A DNA stretch of 64,000 nucleotides from Octopus vulgaris (Eukaryota), in NCBI GenBank assembly GCA_951406725.2, contig OX597828.1, forward strand, positions 3,782,001 to 3,846,000. The letters are read 5' to 3'. A program made the position numbers and the translations under genes. Under the pieces are notes generated by a model that saw only the letters and a program-made list of their open reading frames with translations, searched no databases and was not told where the DNA came from. Within the stretch, counting starts at the first letter, position 1, and every line of letters starts with the position of its first letter. Below are positions 12,040 to 27,477 of this stretch, one piece after another.

Positions 12040-12660
12040 GAGTCTTTGAGACTATGTATGATCTCTTCCCTGCTTGATTACCGGTGTTGGTGTTCCTGTC
12101 CCCATGATTTGGCGGTTCGGTAAAAGAGCCCGATAGAATAAGTACTAAGCTAAAAAAAATATAAGTTCTCGGGTCGATTCGTTCAACTAAAAATGTTTAA
12201 GCCAGTGTCTGAGCATGACCGCGGTCTAATGACTGAAAACATTGAAAATAAAAGCAGAATATGTCAGGAGTGGCTGTGTGGTAAGTAGCTTACCACACGG
12301 TTCCGGCGTCGGTCCATTACGTGGCACCTTGGGCAAGTATCTTCTTTTATAGCCTCGGGTCGACCAAAGCCTTGTGAGTGGATTTGGTAGACGGAAACTG
12401 AAAGGAGCCCGTCATATATATATATATATATATGTTTGTGTGTGTGTGTGTATATGTTTGTGCGTCTGTGTTTGTCCCCCCACCATCGCTTGACAACAGA
12501 TGGTGGCGTGCTTACATTCCCGTAACTTAGCGGTTCGGCAAAAGAGACCTATAGAATAAGTACTATGCTTACAAAGAATAAGTCCTGGGGTCGATTTGCT
12601 CGACTAAAGGCAGTGCTCCGGCATGACCGCAGCCAAATGACTGAAACAAGTAAGAGAGTA
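12040..12660 (+). mobile_element. SINE family 2: 3' half (12040-12250) followed by full copy (12267-12660)
   Basis: A-box-like tggctgtgtgg, CORE-like accttgggcaagt, internal (TA)(TG) tract, shared 3' tail. Confidence 0.85.
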
Positions 12661-14119
12661 TTCAGACTTTTAAAACAGTCAAACACTCACTGAAATCCAA
12701 CGACGTTTAATCCAAAGCTCTTATTTAATCTCGCATATCTCTCTCATCCTTCCCGTTAGTATCGTTTCAAACAGATAATCTTCACTTGAAAGCAGTGAAA
12801 ATGCTAGCATCTTGCTCATTGAAATATACTAACTTTTGAAGTTTTTGTTATACAAATCTGATTGGTTACTTGTTTTATTGTAAGTGAAGTCTACACTTAA
12901 CGTACGACACTTTAGTTCATTATTTTCTTCTCATATAGATTTGTGGCCTTAATCCGCGTCTATAAAATACAGAACTCTGATTTCCGTCTTGAGCTTTTGA
13001 CCCATTATTGGCTTCCACTCTCATTCTGCTTTTCAAGAGAGTTGGTTGATTAGTCATTATGGAATACTTTTTACTTTCCACAGTCCACCCAAACCGTATG
13101 CCAGTAACCTTACTAAATGTTCTTGATGTTTGAATATGATAAATTCACGTCTTTTCCTTTTTATGTCATAGTTTGATATCGTCTGTATGAGATGATTAAT
13201 CTTCTCCCTCTTCTTAGCAAGCTCATGGATATTGTCTGTATGTTTGTCAAATGAAAGAACGCGCTCACGGAAATTAATGTAGAAAGGGAATCATCTTTGA
13301 ATTCTCACGGTTCTACTTTTTCGTCTTCTTGTTGTGGTTGCTGCTGTTCTTGCTGGTCACAGTGTTGTATGTAGGACCACTTGTGTCATATTTTCATTTT
13401 GTAAATATATTTTCAAATATTGTTACAAGATCACACGTATACTGCGGTGATGGTGATGGGGTCGCATGTGTTGATTTATTTCATATCAATACGTAAACAA
13501 CCACAGAACAAGGAAACAAAGTAAACCTCATTGTGATTTGAAAACACGGCAAACCGTTTTCAATAATAACACACCGCATTTCAGATAATCCATCATTGCA
13601 GTATTTCTTTTCTGCTATATCTCATAGACGAGAAACACACTATGATGAAATGGAGTGATCGTATGCAACAATGTCATTCTATTGAATTTCAGAGCTTAAA
13701 ATACGAAGTTTAAGATTTAGAAAATAAAGACTTTCACAAATGAATTTAATGTTGATGATCTTCAAGAAACATCTGAAATACTTCACCGTTGACAGAGCAA
13801 AAGTCTATAAATGAATTGCAATAGACAATTAAATAGTTTAACATAAACTCTGTCGGACTTCTATAAAGTGTAATTCTATGTCAGTGTAATTTGTCTCCGA
13901 ACAGTTGTTCGGAGACAAATTATAGGAGAGGCAAGCAGGATTAGAATGCATTGACGATTGCATTATGAGTTTCATTAGAACATTCAAGGTTCATGTTATA
14001 ACAAGATGTTCGTTAAGTGAATCTAAAGACAGGCTTTATCGTTTACATTTCATACTTCAATGTGCAGTATCCTTTCAAGGAACAGTCGTACACAGTGCAA
14101 TTACATACATATATATATG

Positions 14120-14151
<32 letters not shown>

Positions 14152-14178
14152 CATGTATGTATGTATACATATAAATAC

Positions 14179-14228
<50 letters not shown>

Positions 14229-14503
14229 TTGTGTATTTATATGTGTATGTGTGCATGCACACGTACATACACAGAAACACAAACACGCGCACACACACAC
14301 GCGTACACACACACACACACACACACACAAATATTCAAATATGCGTGCAAATATATGTGAGCGGTTGTCTGTGATTTTATGATAGTATGATAGCATAGAT
14401 ATATGGCTTTTATGCCTAATAGAGATTTAATCTCTCTAATATTCTCTTTTCATCTCTGAAGGCGCTCTCTCTCTCTAATATTATTTCTGTTCTTTGAGTG
14501 TGA

Positions 14504-14570
<67 letters not shown>

Positions 14571-14589
14571 TATATGTACACACATATAT

Positions 14590-14629
<40 letters not shown>

Positions 14630-14655
14630 ATATATGTGTGTACATATATGCATAC

Positions 14656-14706
<51 letters not shown>

Positions 14707-14880
14707 CAGGCAAATACAAAAGGAAAGATAATAAGTTAGACAGAGTGAGAGAGATTTATAGAAAGAGGACATATGTGCGGGCGTGTGTGTGGGTATTTAG
14801 CTATATCAATGATAAGATTAAAAACATATGTGTTCACTGACAAAGGCATATTCAACATACACACCGCTCACAAACACGCA

Positions 14881-14919
<39 letters not shown>

Positions 14920-15562
14920 TAGGCACACAAGCACACACATATAGATATCTGTACTTACATATATAATACACACATATATATATACATACATGCATGACTG
15001 CATATATGGATACGTATGAAGTAAATAGATATGTGTGTGTGCGTGTGTTACATAATTCATGTATGTATGAATCCAGATTCCTTTCATTCGATCGCTAAAC
15101 GTTATGAATTCGATAACTTCAGAAGTTCAATACAATCAATGCAGATCTAAGCAGATCAATAGCCAAACAAACAATCCTACTGATCAAAGAAGACAAATTT
15201 TCATAACTCTACTCTGTCTATGTATCTAAGATATGTTGACTAAACACATTAATTTGCTTAACGTCTTTAGTGCAAATATCTCTCTCTTGATCTCAATGCA
15301 AATCTCTTAGGATATGATTATGGTAGCTGCCATATGTAGGCAACGACGCTTGCACTTTCACATTCCTGCATTCATTGATGCACACACACACGCAAACACA
15401 GATGCACACAAAAGAATATGTGTGTACGCGTGTGCTTGTGATTGTATGTATGTATGTATGTATGTATGTACATATAGATATATATATTTGTGTATATATA
15501 TATGTATATATATATATTTATAAATATATATATATACATACATATATACATACATATATATG

Positions 15563-15617
<55 letters not shown>

Positions 15618-15891
15618 TTGTATGTGTGTGCATGTGTGTGTATATATGTCTATATATATAAACACAAACACACACACTCACATATATAAGTATGAGTATG
15701 TACGTATACATTTATCAGAGTATGCACTCACACACATACACACATATGTATACCTGCACAAATGATGTTATCGTGAAAGATATGTTCATAATCATCCGTG
15801 AATACATTGACAAGCGTGATAGAATTCAGTCATAGAAATGAACATACGAAGACATTCAAATTAAGGATAGAGGAAAACTTGCACACACGTA

Positions 15892-16297
<406 letters not shown>

Positions 16298-16361
16298 CCT
16301 ACGGTCATATATACATCCAAATAATTCATGTAGGTATACGCATATAAATGTGCGTATATGA

Positions 16362-16405
<44 letters not shown>

Positions 16406-16689
16406 GTTTGTGCATGTATGTGTGTGCATGTGTGTATTTGTGTATATGTGCATATATGTGTATATGTGCATATATGTTTATATATGTGTGTGTGCGTGTT
16501 TGTGTGACCGTGCGAAGGTGCGTAACTCAGTGGGAAGTGTGTTGCTCTCATGATCGTAAGTTTGTAGTTTTGATTCCTGCGGTAGGTGTTTACGTTGTGT
16601 TCTATGAATTTTGTCTTGGGAGCCTCTGGCCCCGGAAGCAACTTTAATCCTTTCTTATTTTTGTGTTTGCTTACATACATATAACTATC

Positions 16690-16739
<50 letters not shown>

Positions 16740-17102
16740 CTGATGCTAGTCATTAATGAAGGTATATTGCGGTGTTTCCACAGCAATGGCAAATACTTTT
16801 ATACGAAATGCATGCAATTATTCGCAATATTGTACTGCCAATGTAAATTCACCAGGAATGATTACATTTGCGCATTACAGTTAAAAATAGCATGCAGGCC
16901 ATGTATGTACGTATGTATGTATGTATGTATGTGTGTATGCATGCATGTATACATGTATAAACTCAGACACAGACACACACACACACACACATACACACAT
17001 ATACTTTGTATTTGTCTTGCTGCTTTTCTACATATATATACATATACATACATATATGCACACACATATGTGTATGTATGTATATCTATATCTATATCTA
17101 TC

Positions 17103-17221
<119 letters not shown>

Positions 17222-17762
17222 GGTTTATATTTGCAGCTGGTTTTCAGCTGTAATCATATTTTCTTATTTTGCAAATAAAGAGGCGAACTTATATGTGTTA
17301 TAGATAATAAAAATATCGCCGTGGTGAATGTAGGGACACAGACTTCCTTAGATATAAATGTGCTCTCTCCATGCTGTGTTCGTTTAATCTCTCATTTTAT
17401 CTACCTGTCGAGTGATATATTTTGATATCAATGAATGATCTTGCAATTTCCCTTTGCACATTCATATACGCGATGGAACATCTATTTATGAATTTTCAAG
17501 TATCACATAATCGTGTAGCCGGTGAATATCAAAACCTATAGGCACCATACAGGACAAAGTGAAATTATTTATCTCTGTTTCTCTCACACAGGGATTGCAC
17601 AATTTAAGGAGTCAAACAACCTTCAATAAACATATTACTCCAACATTCGATACCATATTGATATGACTTTTTGTGAATGGAAAAACGCACAATGTAGATG
17701 GATCTTGTATGTATACATTGTATTTATGAATCTCTGCATATATGTCATATCATATATCAATA

Positions 17763-17827
<65 letters not shown>

Positions 17828-17939
17828 ATACGACGGTGTCAAGCGCAAAGGGAATCTTGTCAATATTATATAAACAATATATTCACATTATGCATTTAAA
17901 AATTTTCATCGTTTTCAAATCTATTCTATACATACGTTC

Positions 17940-17993
<54 letters not shown>

Positions 17994-17994
17994 T

Positions 17995-18730
17995 GTGCGG
18001 CGCGCACTCTTAACTCTTTACTTGACCTTTCCTCCCTGCATGTCTGTCTTCCTCTCTACCTGTCTCTCTCCTTCTTATTTTTCACCCTTTCTGGTTTCTT
18101 TTCCTCTCATTCTCTCTCTCTCTCTCTCATTCCTCCTCCTCTCTCTCTCACCCCTCCTCCTCTCTCTGGTCATTGACCGGAGGACAGCTAACTTTCTTTC
18201 TGCCCGCAGCTTTCAATAAGTCAACATCGGTTTTTTTCTGTCTTCCGCAAGCCGATCTTCAGAATGCGTTATAACGAATTTTTCCACCGTCTAGGCTTAA
18301 ATAAAAGCCCTTATTGTTGGTTTCCTTGTCCTGTTTTTATTCTTTATTTGTACTGTTTTTTCCATCATTTGTATTGCTTTTACGTCCTGTTCTTGTCACA
18401 TTTTTTTACCCCTCTGCAAAAGAATTTTATTTAATTCATTTTACAGGAAGGACTGCTTCGGCCGGATCGTGTTCTGCTCTTACCTTCGAAACACACATTG
18501 AGTCGAAGCAGGGGCAGCTGATGAAGGGGAATATTCCTTGTATTGTTTGTCTTGTACTCGGTTTTTTCATTGTTAAAAAAAAGTCCTTTTCCTTGTTTGA
18601 TTTAATGTTTTCGTTTCTCGTTGTGTTCTACGTTTATTTGTGGTGTCCTGTACTCATATATGCATGTATATATACATATAGATGTAGGTATGTACATATA
18701 TGTATGCATATGTTTTATTTATTAAATTGT
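17995..18730 (+). mobile_element. Family-A element, opposite orientation
   Basis: Reverse-complement homolog of 3728-4530; between (TA)n tracts. Confidence 0.8.
18468..18529 (+). ncRNA. Permuted hammerhead (predicted)
   Basis: cGUGU-U-CUGCUCUU-a-CCUUC-GAAA-CAC...AGGGGCAG-CUGAUGA-a-GGGG; 8-bp stem I with compensatory change. Confidence 0.7.
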
Positions 18731-18731
18731 T

Positions 18732-18768
<37 letters not shown>

Positions 18769-18849
18769 TCGACCAAGCAGTATTCGGTATGTAAAAAGAC
18801 CAAGCAGTAGAATTGATTAACAATTAATTAATTCCACCCTTTTTTACTG

Positions 18850-18909
<60 letters not shown>

Positions 18910-20614
18910 CATATAAGAAAAATGGGATTAAAATCCTGGCAGATATCAATTAAGCGCACAGTATAAAGAAATTGATTATTGATTATTAATCATTGGTTAT
19001 TAGGGTCAATTCTGTTCACTGAAAGCTAGTATTTGGATTCACTATCAGCGATGGAGAACTTGGCTTGCCGATGGACCACCCTTACACGCCGTGGGTAGTT
19101 AACGCTCCTGTCAGTACATAGACTTGCACTATGTTTGAGACTATAAGGGTCTTTAATGCTTGTTTCTAGCAATGTTGTAACTACCGTTTACCCTCTGACA
19201 CTATGAGTGACAAGTGAATCGTTCTTTTTGGTTATATATTACGTGTGGCCACTTATATTATTTCATATATATATATACATAGATACAGGGACAGGCACAT
19301 ACACACACACACAGATATATGCAGCTATACATGGATTGGCGCATAGACACATCATCGCTTTACCTGATGGACGTAAGAAAGACGAAACTTAGGAGTCCGT
19401 GTCAGCGTTTTCCTTCTAAATTTCAATATATTACTCTATTAGGTGCGTAGGGATTTAGAGTTGTCACGATAAATACTTGAGCTCGTGTTTAAAGAATTTA
19501 AGCGCTCACAAGATAGTGGTATTTTGATTAAGGATGTACTAGAAAGTGGTATTTTAATTAAGGATGCACAAACTTGAAAAACGTTCTGCAAAACAAATCA
19601 TCTGACCCTCACCAATTCCGCCAGGGTAAGTACTTGAGCTGTCTTTATTGTATTAAAAGTTTGTGCTTTAATTTAGGATGCACAGATTCGAAAATCATTC
19701 TGAAAGACAAGTCGTCTAATACACTTCAATTCCGCCAAAACTTTTCCCTGGAGAGATATATTATGGAATGACTCGGAAATGGAAAGATATAAAGTTAATA
19801 CACGATGTCTATCAATTCCTCTGTTTGCCTTTTCTCTCTCTCTTTCTTCTCCCGCAGGGTGTCTAGATTACGGGCAAAAATAGGTGTATCATATACCATA
19901 CAAAATTAAAAAACTCTGGAAGATGTATCTTACGAATCAAATGGCAATTAAAACCAGCTCCACTTCAGAAGAAATGATAATCTAGGGATTGCCATCAAGG
20001 AATCAAGGAAAAGGACAGGCTTGTTGTCTGGAGGTAAAAAGATTGTCCTGGCTATTGTTCCTGGTTCAATGGCCGTTATTAGCAGGCCAACAGTTCGGTC
20101 CGACAATATTTCCATTAACCAAGGGACTTATACAAATTTTATTCAAAAAGTACCAGAACACATCTGTTGCCTAAATAATTCGGATTTTTTAAAAATGAAA
20201 ACGAAGAAAGATAAATAACTGAAAATAGTCTCTGGTCTTGTCCTTAAGTACAATGTATTTGCCTTAGCAGAGGTATTTAGGTACATAGCAAATAAAGTTG
20301 CCTAAGCTGTAGGGATTTCAGCCTGGGTTGATTTCAAAGGATAGAAACATTATTCCACCGTTCATAACTGATCCAACATACACATACATACACCTCATGA
20401 ATATTAACAAGGGCACTCATACACATACTTTCACATAATATGCTACGCTCACATATACACGCATAGGAAGTTACTGCAGAAAATACTTATATGAAAATAG
20501 TAATTTCATAAATAACATATTTATTTAAAGTGATCAAAAAAGACAATATTATTTATCCACATATCAATCTTCATTCACGTATATACATACATACGTACAT
20601 ACATACATACATAC

Positions 20615-20662
<48 letters not shown>

Positions 20663-20667
<5 letters not shown>

Positions 20668-20731
20668 GAAACAGGGACAACTGAAGAAGGGGAATATTCC
20701 GTGTGTTGTATGTCTTGTACTCTGCTTTTTC

Positions 20732-20772
<41 letters not shown>

Positions 20773-21340
20773 ACGAAAAAGCAGAGTACAAGACATACAA
20801 CACACGGAATATTCCCCTTCTTCAGTTGTCCCTGTTTCGTCTACTCCACTTTCGAAAGTAAGGACAAGACGCGACTCCGTTGAAACAGTCCTTTCCGCAA
20901 AGCAAATTAAATAAAATTAGGTTTTGTTTGCGGCGGGGTAAAAGTATTAACAAGAACAGGACAGTAAGAACAAAACAAGATAGTAAAAACAATACAAGTA
21001 AAAACAGTAAAAGACAGGACAAAGAGAATAACACAGTAAAAACAAACGATGAGGTTTGTTAAGCCAAGACGATGGAAAAATGATCTTGAATGCATTAAGG
21101 AGGCAGCTTATGAGAGGGACAGGATAAGCCGTCTTGTCTCGGTGAAGATAGCAGTTGGAAAGATGGTTTCCCTCTGATCTCGTGTCAGTGACGAGAGAGT
21201 CGAGGAGTAAGAGAGAGGGAACGGTGAAGGGCAGAGGAGAAGAATAGGGAAGGGTGGGAGAGAAAATCAGAAAGGATGAAGAACAAGAGAGGGAGAGAGA
21301 TAGACAGAGGAGAATTAGTAAAAGTTTATGAGTGCGCATC
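20663..21340 (-). mobile_element. Family-A element with 71-bp inverted partial copy (20663-20733 vs 20773-20843)
   Basis: Homology to 935-1640; inverted arms separated by (TA)n. Confidence 0.8.
20814..20873 (-). ncRNA. Permuted hammerhead, stem III decayed
   Basis: GCGU-C-UUGUCCUU-a-CUUUC-GAAA...AGGGACAA-CUGAAGA-a-GGGG. Confidence 0.55.
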
Positions 21341-21352
21341 ATAATATATATA

Positions 21353-21426
<74 letters not shown>

Positions 21427-22313
21427 AGCAGTATTCACTCACACACATACGTATAATGATTGATGAGTTATCAAGCTATCGCACTATTAATCATACGTGT
21501 TTGGATATATTATACTAGAGTTACGATACATTATATGTAAACGAAAACGACAAGCTAAAAGTGAGGAAACTGATGTAATTAAATAAAATTGAAATAAGAT
21601 CAAATAAAATCATGTAAAATAAAGTACAGTAATTTACGGCAGCTGCATTATAATTGTTAGTATTATTAGCGCACTAGAGTACATCCTTATAGTTTAATTT
21701 ACTAGTATAAATATGAAGAGAAACTGTACATTTGAGGAGATCATATAATTAAATTGTAAGAGATTTACTGGTAATTCAAAGATAAATCAAAGATATACAC
21801 TATACGTATTTATCATTGCTATCTTAATATGGTGATACTAAATATCAATCAAAATCAACCCAGTCGAACACAGTTTAGATAAGACTAGAAATGTACGATA
21901 TATTAGAAATACAGAAATATAGAATGATAGAGGTTATGCTGATTAGGAGGGGAAGAGCTACTGGGGCCTCTTCGTAATAGTAGGGTTAATCATGCATTTA
22001 GAATGAAGCTAATAGGTAAAATTTTAATGTGTATGAAGGACATAAGGGACATGCGCAAACATCCTATTAATATGGCATCTCGTTGGGTTTCATAAATCTC
22101 AGTTATGCAGAAATTGCAAACGCCATTACTAAGTTTATATGCCTCTGCTTTGCTTATGATGCACAAAAAGGAAGTCATGATCAATCCTTATATCAGTAAG
22201 CATCCATTGAAACTAGCAAAAGATGTTTTGAGTTTCCGTCTACCAAATCCACTCAAAGTTAATAATGTTTTCAAGCAGGTACATGTTAACGCATATATGT
22301 ATGTATGTATATA

Positions 22314-22384
<71 letters not shown>

Positions 22385-23461
22385 CACACACATACATGGT
22401 TTTTTGTATCTGGCCTGCAAGATTCTACATTTGAATTCGTGTGTTGAAACAAATTTGGTTGTATCTAGGGAGAGTCATCATGCCAAGATAATTAACTTGC
22501 ACACTTGTTCAATTGTACTCATTTATTAAATATTCGATTGTTTTTGCTATTGTCAAAGCACTCGTTGCACTTTTGCGACTATTGACTCTCCAAAAGAGCA
22601 ACGAATGTGATTTGACAAGAAAAAAAAAAGAAAATCGGATATTTAAGAAATAAGTGGAATTGAACCAGTGTGTGTGTGTTAATCATATTCGTATGATGAC
22701 TTCCCTTAGATACAAGAAAATACACACACATGCATATATATGTGTGTGGTTCCCAACCACATGGTTCCGCGTTCAGTCCCACAGCATGGCACCATCGGCA
22801 TAAACATACATCCGCTAACCTGCATATTGTAAGGATTATTGAGTCGTTACCGTAGATTTAGAAGTAGGTTTTATGGTTGATATGGTTAATAAGATATTTA
22901 ATACAACAATACATAGATATGCACAACCGCACATATTTGTTTATAGACATTTTAAAGCAATAATTCCACTCTGTTTAAAGGCGCACACGCCTCGCGTGTA
23001 TCGAATTCATGGGGGTCAGCGTAACACGATATATACGAACTTCATGTCTAGTATTATAATCAGTTCATTTCACTGTCCAAGATTTGCGCTTGAAATTGTC
23101 ATATAGGATTTATATAGCAATCTTAACTGTTAATTTATAATATATAAGCTGTCTCTCTATAATCTCTCTAGTAATATATGTGCCAAAATGCTGCAAGCCT
23201 TCTCTGATCTATGACCCTCAGTGCTGATAAGCCTTTTAGTCTGTAAAATTAGGTAACCGCCAATTTTAATTGATATATTCAGTGTTGGCTCTGTCTCTCT
23301 AACTGGAGGATCTTAACGAAATAGTATACAGTGTGCATTGAAAGACACATCACGGTTTCTTTACATAAACACATACATACACATACAGACAGACATTGGC
23401 GCAAAAAGGTTTACGAGAGATACGCAAAGGTCTACTTATATTTTTACATTTTTATATACAT

Positions 23462-23538
<77 letters not shown>

Positions 23539-25506
23539 TATATATATATATGTGTGTGTATGTGTGTGTGTGTGTGTTTGTGCATATATATATATACACA
23601 CACATTCATATGAGTACGTTGTTTTATAGGTATTGATATACGTGTGTGCGTGTGTGTGTCCATTTTTACGCACGTATATATATATATATGTACATATACT
23701 TACATGCTAACACGCACAGGCAACACGCACACTGACATATTGTATAGTGAGGATATATATCTATACCCATGTCCTTGTCCATGAAATATAACATAAAATC
23801 TTCTCGAATATAAGATCTCCCTTAAAGCGTCAAAATTATATTTTTCGTGATATTAATTCTTAATTTCAAGAAATTATCTCCCTGTTTCTTTTTCAGCGAA
23901 GCAAACAATTACCTATTAGGTATATATTTTATTCCTCACCTTAAGAGGAAAATAACAATTCCTAATGAGTTTTTTGAAAGCGAAACTTCGTGGCTATTGC
24001 TAGAATCTTGCTAAAGAGAAAGGGAGATAATTTTTACAAATCACAAATTAATTTCTCAGAAAATTGAAATTTTGTGCTTCGGTAACTATTGACAAAATAT
24101 TTCGGTCGTATTAAACCTCACCAGCGAATGATCATTTTCTAATGTTAGCTTGATTATTGGATAGAAAATGTGAACACGAGGGAATTTGAGACTATGAACT
24201 TGGCCACGTGTCATAAAGCGAGATAAGAGAAACAATCTTGAGTTAATGACTTGAGTTTAGATTTATCAGGTAGAGGGTGATTGACAAAGAATTACCATTT
24301 CCTTTGGCTATATAAGTGATATAAGTTATATATGAGGGCAATGAATCGCCATGAAGGTGTTACAAAGTTTGGCAGTTTTGATTGCTTTAATTATGGCTAT
24401 TTAGTTGTACAAATAATTATAGTTTTAGACTACAGATGACCAAAATATTAACATTCATTTTAGGGGAGATAACTTTGAATGCATTATTGCTGTAATATAG
24501 AATGAGTAGTAGGAGTAAAGTTATCCTCCTCCACCTGTTTCTCCTCTTCCCCTTCATCCTCCTCCCTCCCCTTCTCCATTCCTCCTCCTCCGCCCCTCCC
24601 AATTTCCCTCCTCCTCCTCCTCCTCCTCCTCATCATCATCATCATCATCGTCATCATTGTCATCATCATCTCATTTTACTCCTGCTTCTTTGTGGTAAGC
24701 ACATTTGTTTATTTCGTTCCGAGCCAAGAGCAATACCAAATGACTTTTCGTAGAAACACTAAAATATTTCACAAGTATGGGATACGACAAATCGTTGCAA
24801 TAGGTTGAATGGTAAAAAAGAAGAAATATGAACATCTAAATTAGCAAATAATACATAAACATATTCCAAATAGTGTAACCGGTAGATTTGAAGTCGGTGG
24901 TAGTAACACAGCAACTTGTTTATACAATATCTGTGATGAACAAACATTGCCTCAACCACAAAACAAGACACAAACGAAAACAAAATAGGTTGAATTTTGG
25001 GGAACAGTATTTTGTCTCGATGGAACTAAACTAATAAATATAACATATAAATATATAACATATATATATAACTAATATATATAACATATAAAGAAAAAAC
25101 ATATTCCTGTGTTTTACAAATAATGGAACTAGACGCACATCAAGAGTTACAACAAGCACTTCAAGGGCATTTTCGGAGAGAGCTAAAAAAGAGAAGAAAG
25201 AATAAAAGAAGAGGCGGGAAATTTATGTCGCATTTAAAAGAAAAATGGTCCGGGCAAAATACAGGCTGAAGTTGTTAGACATATACCAATATATCCACCC
25301 ATATATTTGTGCCACATCGTACGAGCAAAGCAAAGTAAGAGAGGCAATAAAAGACATCAGAAGCGATGTAGATCCGGAGCGAGAAGTTACTTTTGTGTCA
25401 CAGTATGGAAATATGGTTAAATTAAGGATAACGAAAGGACATCATCTTTTAAACGGAATCAAAATGACTATATTCTAGTTGAAATTTCAGACGTTATATA
25501 TCAACT

Positions 25507-27067
25507 GAGTCTAGGACATTCATCCCCCATGGACAATAACTCGGCAAAGACAATTACCCCTGAGGACAACAGCCGCCTAGGACACCTACCCGCTAGGACA
25601 ATTAACCCTAAGTAGCTAACCCCCGATATGTACCATATTTTCCAGTGTATAAGCCGCTAATTTTTACCTGGGGAAATTAGTGTGTGGCTTAGAGAAAGGT
25701 ACGCCTAAAGTATGTATTTTTTTAATGTTTCAGGCGGAAAATAATTTGTGTATGAAGATCGAATGATTCCACTAATTTTTTTCAGAGGAAAAGCCGGTCG
25801 GTGAACTACGTGAAAGACTGCTGCTACAGTACATTGGTGCCCGGAAGAAAACAAAACATATTTGTTTTGTTTTACCTTCATATTTTAATCTAATAAAGAC
25901 CTTAATATTGACGAAATGTGTTTATCGTTGATTATAGTAAAATAAAATAAAATAATAACAATACATCTGATAGGAATTTTAAAACTGCACACACAGAAAC
26001 ACAAGATGAACAAGATTTTATGCTGTACAACTCTTGGCCTGTTGAGGAACGAATTCTGATTTTGAAATCCAGAGAAACCTGGATAACTTATGCCAAGCGT
26101 TGCACTGGTCTCTACATGGAACGTTCAAGGCAGTTCCTCGCATTTTTATCACAATTAAACACAGTTCACGCACTGCTGCATGAATCTTCAGTGCCATTAA
26201 TTTACGCTCTGTTACCTGATAAAGGCCAAACTACTTACACAAATTACACAAATTTTCTAGAGCAGCTAAAATTATTGGAACAAGATTTAGCACCCAAAAC
26301 TGTCATGGTAGATTTTTGGAAAGGCTGTGATTAATAGTTTACATTTTGCATTTCCACAATCCGAGATAAACGGGTTTTTCTTTTCACTTTAGCCAAAGCG
26401 TCTATATGAACATTCAATTTCACGGATTTCAACAGCGATACGAAGAGGATAAAGAGTTTTCAATCTCTATGAGAATGATTGCTGCTTTAGCTTTTGTTCC
26501 TACTTGTGATGTTGAAAAAACCTTTGAAATCCTATGTGAATACTCCCACCAGAAACATATCCCTTACAAGATTACTTTGAGGATACATACTTGGGATGAC
26601 CATGTCGAAGAGTAAGACGGCGAGAACCAGTGTTTGGAATGGATCTATGGAATATGTACAATAGAACGTTGGATAAACTTCCAAGAACAATGCTGTGGAA
26701 AGATGGCACAAGATTATTTTTTCTCTCAAATGCTCGTTGCTGGAAGTTTTTTTTTTTTAATATATCAAAAGAGAGCAAGCATTGCAACAGGTACTTATGA
26801 CTCAATCCTTGACGAGTTTTGCTAAACAGCCATCGAGAAAGAAATATTTAGATGTTTCAGCCCATATTCATGCCGTAGTTGTCAATTATGAAAGCATAAA
26901 TGGGATACAATATTTGCGAGGAATCGCGTATGGTTTGCACTTTTAGACGATGATTTAAAGCTTCTTAATATATTGGAGATGGGGTATTTAACCAAGGGAT
27001 AATACTGTCGTAGGGAGTAGTTGTGGTTGGAGGGAATTGTCCTAATGGGGGCATTTATCCTGATACG
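25507..27067 (+). mobile_element. Mutator-like (MULE) transposon relic
   Basis: Motifs QL.TVHA..VPLIYALLPDK, VMVDF, FH.SQ, ALAFVP, DYFEDTY, LWN; subterminal ggacaa-type repeats inverted at both ends; candidate degenerate 9-bp TSD atatcaact/atttcaacg. Confidence 0.85.
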
Positions 27068-27384
27068 ATTTCAACGATCCAGAAGACTTGGTCCCTCATA
27101 TGACTACAGAAGATTTTGGAATTTCAAGCACACAATGATACTGTTGCGCAGGTGTTATTAGGAAAGTGGGAAACCATCACTGACAGAATTGGAGGATTAA
27201 TAATTATAGAAGTATCTTATACATATATATTTATCATATAAATTGTTAATTCAATCAGTTTTATAATGTAGTACGTGTTTCACCTATTCACCTTTCCTAT
27301 ATCGCACATCTCTCTAATAATTCTGTCTCAAATTTTATATATTTCTTGTATCTCTAGAACTATTCAGATTAAAAAAGGAAGTCT

Positions 27385-27390
27385 ACAACA

Positions 27391-27424
<34 letters not shown>

Positions 27425-27430
27425 GTACTG

Positions 27431-27477
<47 letters not shown>

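Noticed and set aside
12920-13400. Coding-like minus-strand stretch (similar impression at 24760-25500, 31240-31700, 62760-63560)
   Set aside because: Interrupted frames, no recognisable domain or splice support; possibly old TE ORFs
19360-19405. HHR-like CUGAUGg..GAAAcuu..GUC
   Set aside because: Core mismatch, no credible stems I or II
25510-25625. Short spaced ggacaa repeats resembling a CRISPR-like array
   Set aside because: Eukaryotic context; these are MULE subterminal repeats mirrored at 26980-27062
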